A DNA stretch of 63,923 bases, the filler included. It is 4 parts of 4 records of this genome, joined end to end, with 100 filler letters (N's around TTAATTAATTAA, not from the genome) between each part and the next. Parts side by side here need not be neighbours in the genome. Positions count along the whole stretch, not along the records: positions 57,767 to 63,923 come from SRR20825006_1354; 3 more parts are not named here. The stretch is one strand, 5' to 3'. How positions within the stretch are numbered: position 1 is the stretch's first letter; each line of letters opens with the position of its first letter. The notes under the pieces were generated by a model that did not search any database, was not told where the DNA came from, and saw nothing but the letters and a program-made list of their open reading frames with translations. Of this stretch, positions 61,369 through 63,923 are shown one piece after another. The position numbers and the translations under genes are program-made.

Positions 61369-62805
61369 ATGGCCCTAGATAGTGCTACCGGATCCGGCAT
61401 GAGCTCGATACTGAGCCGCCAGAAAGCCGCACATATTCGCGACGGCATTCCCTCCGTTTCGAAACGAATCGAATGGCTGGACAAGTCCATCGACCTCCTG
61501 GTGACGCATGGCGACGCTCTGGCCGAAGCCATGCGGGAAGATTTTGGCCATCGATCTGTGGACCAGTCAAATTTGACCGATATTGCCGGGTCTATCGGCG
61601 CGCTCAAATTCTCGAAGAAGCATGTCGCCAAATGGATGCGGCCTGAGAAACGCAAGGTCGAATTTCCGCTTGGCTTGCTCGGCTCGCGCGCGGAGCTTCA
61701 GTTCCAGCCAAAGGGCGTGATCGGTGTGATCAGCCCCTGGAACTTCCCGGTCAATTTGACCTTCGCGCCGCTGGCGGGCGTGTTCGCTGCTGGCAATCGC
61801 GCGATGATCAAGCCATCGGAATTCACCGAGGCGACCTCAGAGCTGATGAAACAGCTGATTGGTCAGTATTATGACGAAGAAGAAGTGGCGGTCATCACGG
61901 GCGGTCCGGAAGTGGGCGCGGAATTCTCCAAGCTTGCTTTTGATCATATGGTCTTCACGGGCGCGACGTCGATTGCGCACCACGTCATGCGCGCCGCAGC
62001 AGACAATCTCGTGCCGCTGACGCTGGAGCTTGGCGGGAAAAGCCCGGTCATCCTCGGGCGGTCGGCCAATATGGAAAAAGCGGCAAGCCGTATCATGGCG
62101 GGCAAGACTTTGAACGCAGGCCAAATCTGCCTGGCTCCAGACTATGCCTTCGTGCCGCAGGAAAAGACCGCAGAATTTGTGGGCGCGGCGACCAAAGCCA
62201 TTGAGACGATGTATCCGTCGGGCCTGAAAGACAATGACGACTACACGTCAGTCGTGAACCAGCGCCATTATGACCGGATCATGAGCTATATCGAGGAAGC
62301 CCGCGAAAAGGGCGCGGAGGTCCACGAAATCAATCCGGCGAGCGAGAACTTCTCCCAACAGCCGCACCGCAAGATCCCGCCGCACATTATTGTCAATCCG
62401 GGCGATGATCTGAAAGTTATGCAGGATGAAATTTTCGGCCCGATCCTGCCCATCAAGTCTTATGGTGAAACAAAAGATGCGGTGGCATATGTAAACGCGC
62501 ATGACCGGCCGCTTGGGCTTTACTATTTTGGTGAGGACTCGACCGAGAAGGACTATGTGCTGAACAACACGACGTCGGGGGGCGTAACCGTGAATGACGT
62601 CATCTTCCATGTCGCGCAGGAAGACCTGCCCTTTGGCGGCGTTGGTCCATCCGGCATGGGCAGCTATCACGGTCGGGACGGCTTCATGGAGTTCAGTCAT
62701 AAGAAGTCAGTGTACACGCAAATAGGCAGTGAGATGCTGGCCATGATGCGCCCGCCTTATGGCGACAAGTTCCGGGGTCAGGTGAAAGGCCGCATCAAGC
62801 GCTAG
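61369..62805 (+). CDS. Aldehyde dehydrogenase (coniferyl aldehyde dehydrogenase-like)
   Basis: PWNFP, KPSE, LELGGKSP, NAGQICLAPDY, EIFGPILP. Confidence 0.9.
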   Translation: MALDSATGSGMSSILSRQKAAHIRDGIPSVSKRIEWLDKSIDLLVTHGDALAEAMREDFGHRSVDQSNLTDIAGSIGALKFSKKHVAKWMRPEKRKVEFPLGLLGSRAELQFQPKGVIGVISPWNFPVNLTFAPLAGVFAAGNRAMIKPSEFTEATSELMKQLIGQYYDEEEVAVITGGPEVGAEFSKLAFDHMVFTGATSIAHHVMRAAADNLVPLTLELGGKSPVILGRSANMEKAASRIMAGKTLNAGQICLAPDYAFVPQEKTAEFVGAATKAIETMYPSGLKDNDDYTSVVNQRHYDRIMSYIEEAREKGAEVHEINPASENFSQQPHRKIPPHIIVNPGDDLKVMQDEIFGPILPIKSYGETKDAVAYVNAHDRPLGLYYFGEDSTEKDYVLNNTTSGGVTVNDVIFHVAQEDLPFGGVGPSGMGSYHGRDGFMEFSHKKSVYTQIGSEMLAMMRPPYGDKFRGQVKGRIKR

Positions 62806-62822
62806 GCTCTGTTTCCGGAAAC

Positions 62823-62861
62823 AAGAAAGCCCGCCGGCAATGCTGGCGGGCTTTTTCTTTT
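62823..62861. terminator. Bidirectional intrinsic terminator
   Basis: AAAGCCCGCC-loop-GGCGGGCTTT followed by T-rich tract, between convergent genes. Confidence 0.85.
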
Positions 62862-62875
62862 GCGGTCTGTTCGAA

Positions 62876-63923
62876 CTAGCGTTTCAGGAATGCTGGAATA
62901 TCGCTGCCGAAGCCTTTGACCTTTTCAGGAGCCGGATCGAGGATAGGGTCGTCATCCTTGCGCTTGCGGTCCCGTTCGCGATCGCGTTTTGGCTTCGCCG
63001 CACGCTCGCGCTTTGGCTTCTCTTCCGGGCGATCATCGGTCTGGGCATCAGACTTCGGTTCAGTCTTTGCCTTGGGCTCTTCGGCCTTGGCTTTAGGCTT
63101 GGACTCGGCGGGAGTTGCCTCTTCCAGCTTGTCGGTGTTCTCGTCGCGCCGACGGCTGCGCGAGCGACCGCCGCGTGATTTGTCGTCACGACTGCCTGAC
63201 CGGGAACGTCCGCGGCTGCGACTTTCATCCGGTGGCAGGTCTCCGAGTTCCTCAAGCAGGCCCTCGGGCATATAGTCCTCGACATCCTGCTGGATCATCT
63301 TGAGGACAAAGCCCCAGGATTTTTCGTCCGACGGTGACACAACCGTGAAGCTTTCGCCCGTACGCCCGGCGCGGCCGGTCCGCCCGATCCGGTGAACATA
63401 ATCCTCGTCTTTGGGTGGCGGCGAATAGTTGAAGACATGCCCGACGTCCGGAATGTCTAGCCCGCGTGCGGCGACATCCGACGCTACGAGCAGCTTCAGG
63501 TCGCCGTCACGGAAACGCTGCAGCACCTGGGTGCGGAAGGCCTGTGGCAGGTCGCCATGAATGGCGGCGGCGTCGTGGCCATGCTTTTGCAAAGAGGCCG
63601 CGACGATATCGACTTCGACCTTCCGGTTACAGAAGACGATGCCGTTCTTCACGTCGCGGGACTCGATCACGCGGCGCAGCGCGGTGCGCTTGGCCTTCGC
63701 GTCATTAGTCGGAATGTGGACCACGTGCTGCGTGATCGTCTTGGCGGCGTCCGTCGGACGGGCAACTTCGATCTTGACCGGGTCGCGCTGGAAGGTCTTC
63801 GCCAGTCTCTGAATATCGGTCGGGAAGGTTGCCGAGAATAGCAGAGTCTGCCGTTTCGCCGGAATTTTGGAGACAATCTTCTCGATGTCGGGAATGAAGC
63901 CCATGTCGAGCATGCGGTCGGCT
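62876..63923 (-). CDS. DEAD-box RNA helicase, 5'-truncated
   Basis: ADRMLDMGF, LFSAT, SDVAARGLD, HRIGRTGRAG; charged C-terminal tail. Confidence 0.93.
   Translation of the reverse strand, partial: ADRMLDMGFIPDIEKIVSKIPAKRQTLLFSATFPTDIQRLAKTFQRDPVKIEVARPTDAAKTITQHVVHIPTNDAKAKRTALRRVIESRDVKNGIVFCNRKVEVDIVAASLQKHGHDAAAIHGDLPQAFRTQVLQRFRDGDLKLLVASDVAARGLDIPDVGHVFNYSPPPKDEDYVHRIGRTGRAGRTGESFTVVSPSDEKSWGFVLKMIQQDVEDYMPEGLLEELGDLPPDESRSRGRSRSGSRDDKSRGGRSRSRRRDENTDKLEEATPAESKPKAKAEEPKAKTEPKSDAQTDDRPEEKPKRERAAKPKRDRERDRKRKDDDPILDPAPEKVKGFGSDIPAFLKR

Overview
This window is not one genomic locus. It is four unrelated contigs joined by 100-bp linkers (N44-TTAATTAATTAA-N44) at 18885-18984, 34229-34328 and 57667-57766. 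Taxon assignments below are impressions from gene order and protein style. Contig 1 (1-18884, gammaproteobacterial, Alcanivorax-like) carries a pstSCAB-like transporter, an ECF sigma/anti-sigma pair, ettA, glyA, nrdR-ribD-ribC-ribB(X)-ribH-nusB-thiL-pgpA, a GGDEF protein, dxs and partial ispA. Contig 2 (18985-34228, alphaproteobacterial, Thalassospira-like) is housekeeping: mltG, SDR, yicC, gmk, rsmA, pdxA, surA, lptDGF, an acyl-CoA dehydrogenase and an S41 protease. Contig 3 (34329-57666, alphaproteobacterial accessory island) is the interesting part. It holds a dead IS630 and a five-gene operon of unknown function (divergent NAD-binding LDH/MDH-like protein, atypical PLP enzyme, divergent Alr-family racemase, HAD phosphatase, EamA-like exporter). 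It also holds a stand-alone nucleotidyltransferase gene bracketed by ~53-bp direct repeats, with a perfect 17-bp inverted repeat at its start. An arsenic-phosphate island follows: arsR-arsC fusion, pstSCAB-phoU, receiver-less phoB, aioXSR and aioBA with a readable sigma54 promoter. Contig 4 (57767-63923, Hyphomonadaceae-like) carries ordinary metabolic genes and a partial DEAD-box helicase. No rRNA, tRNA or CRISPR array was seen.
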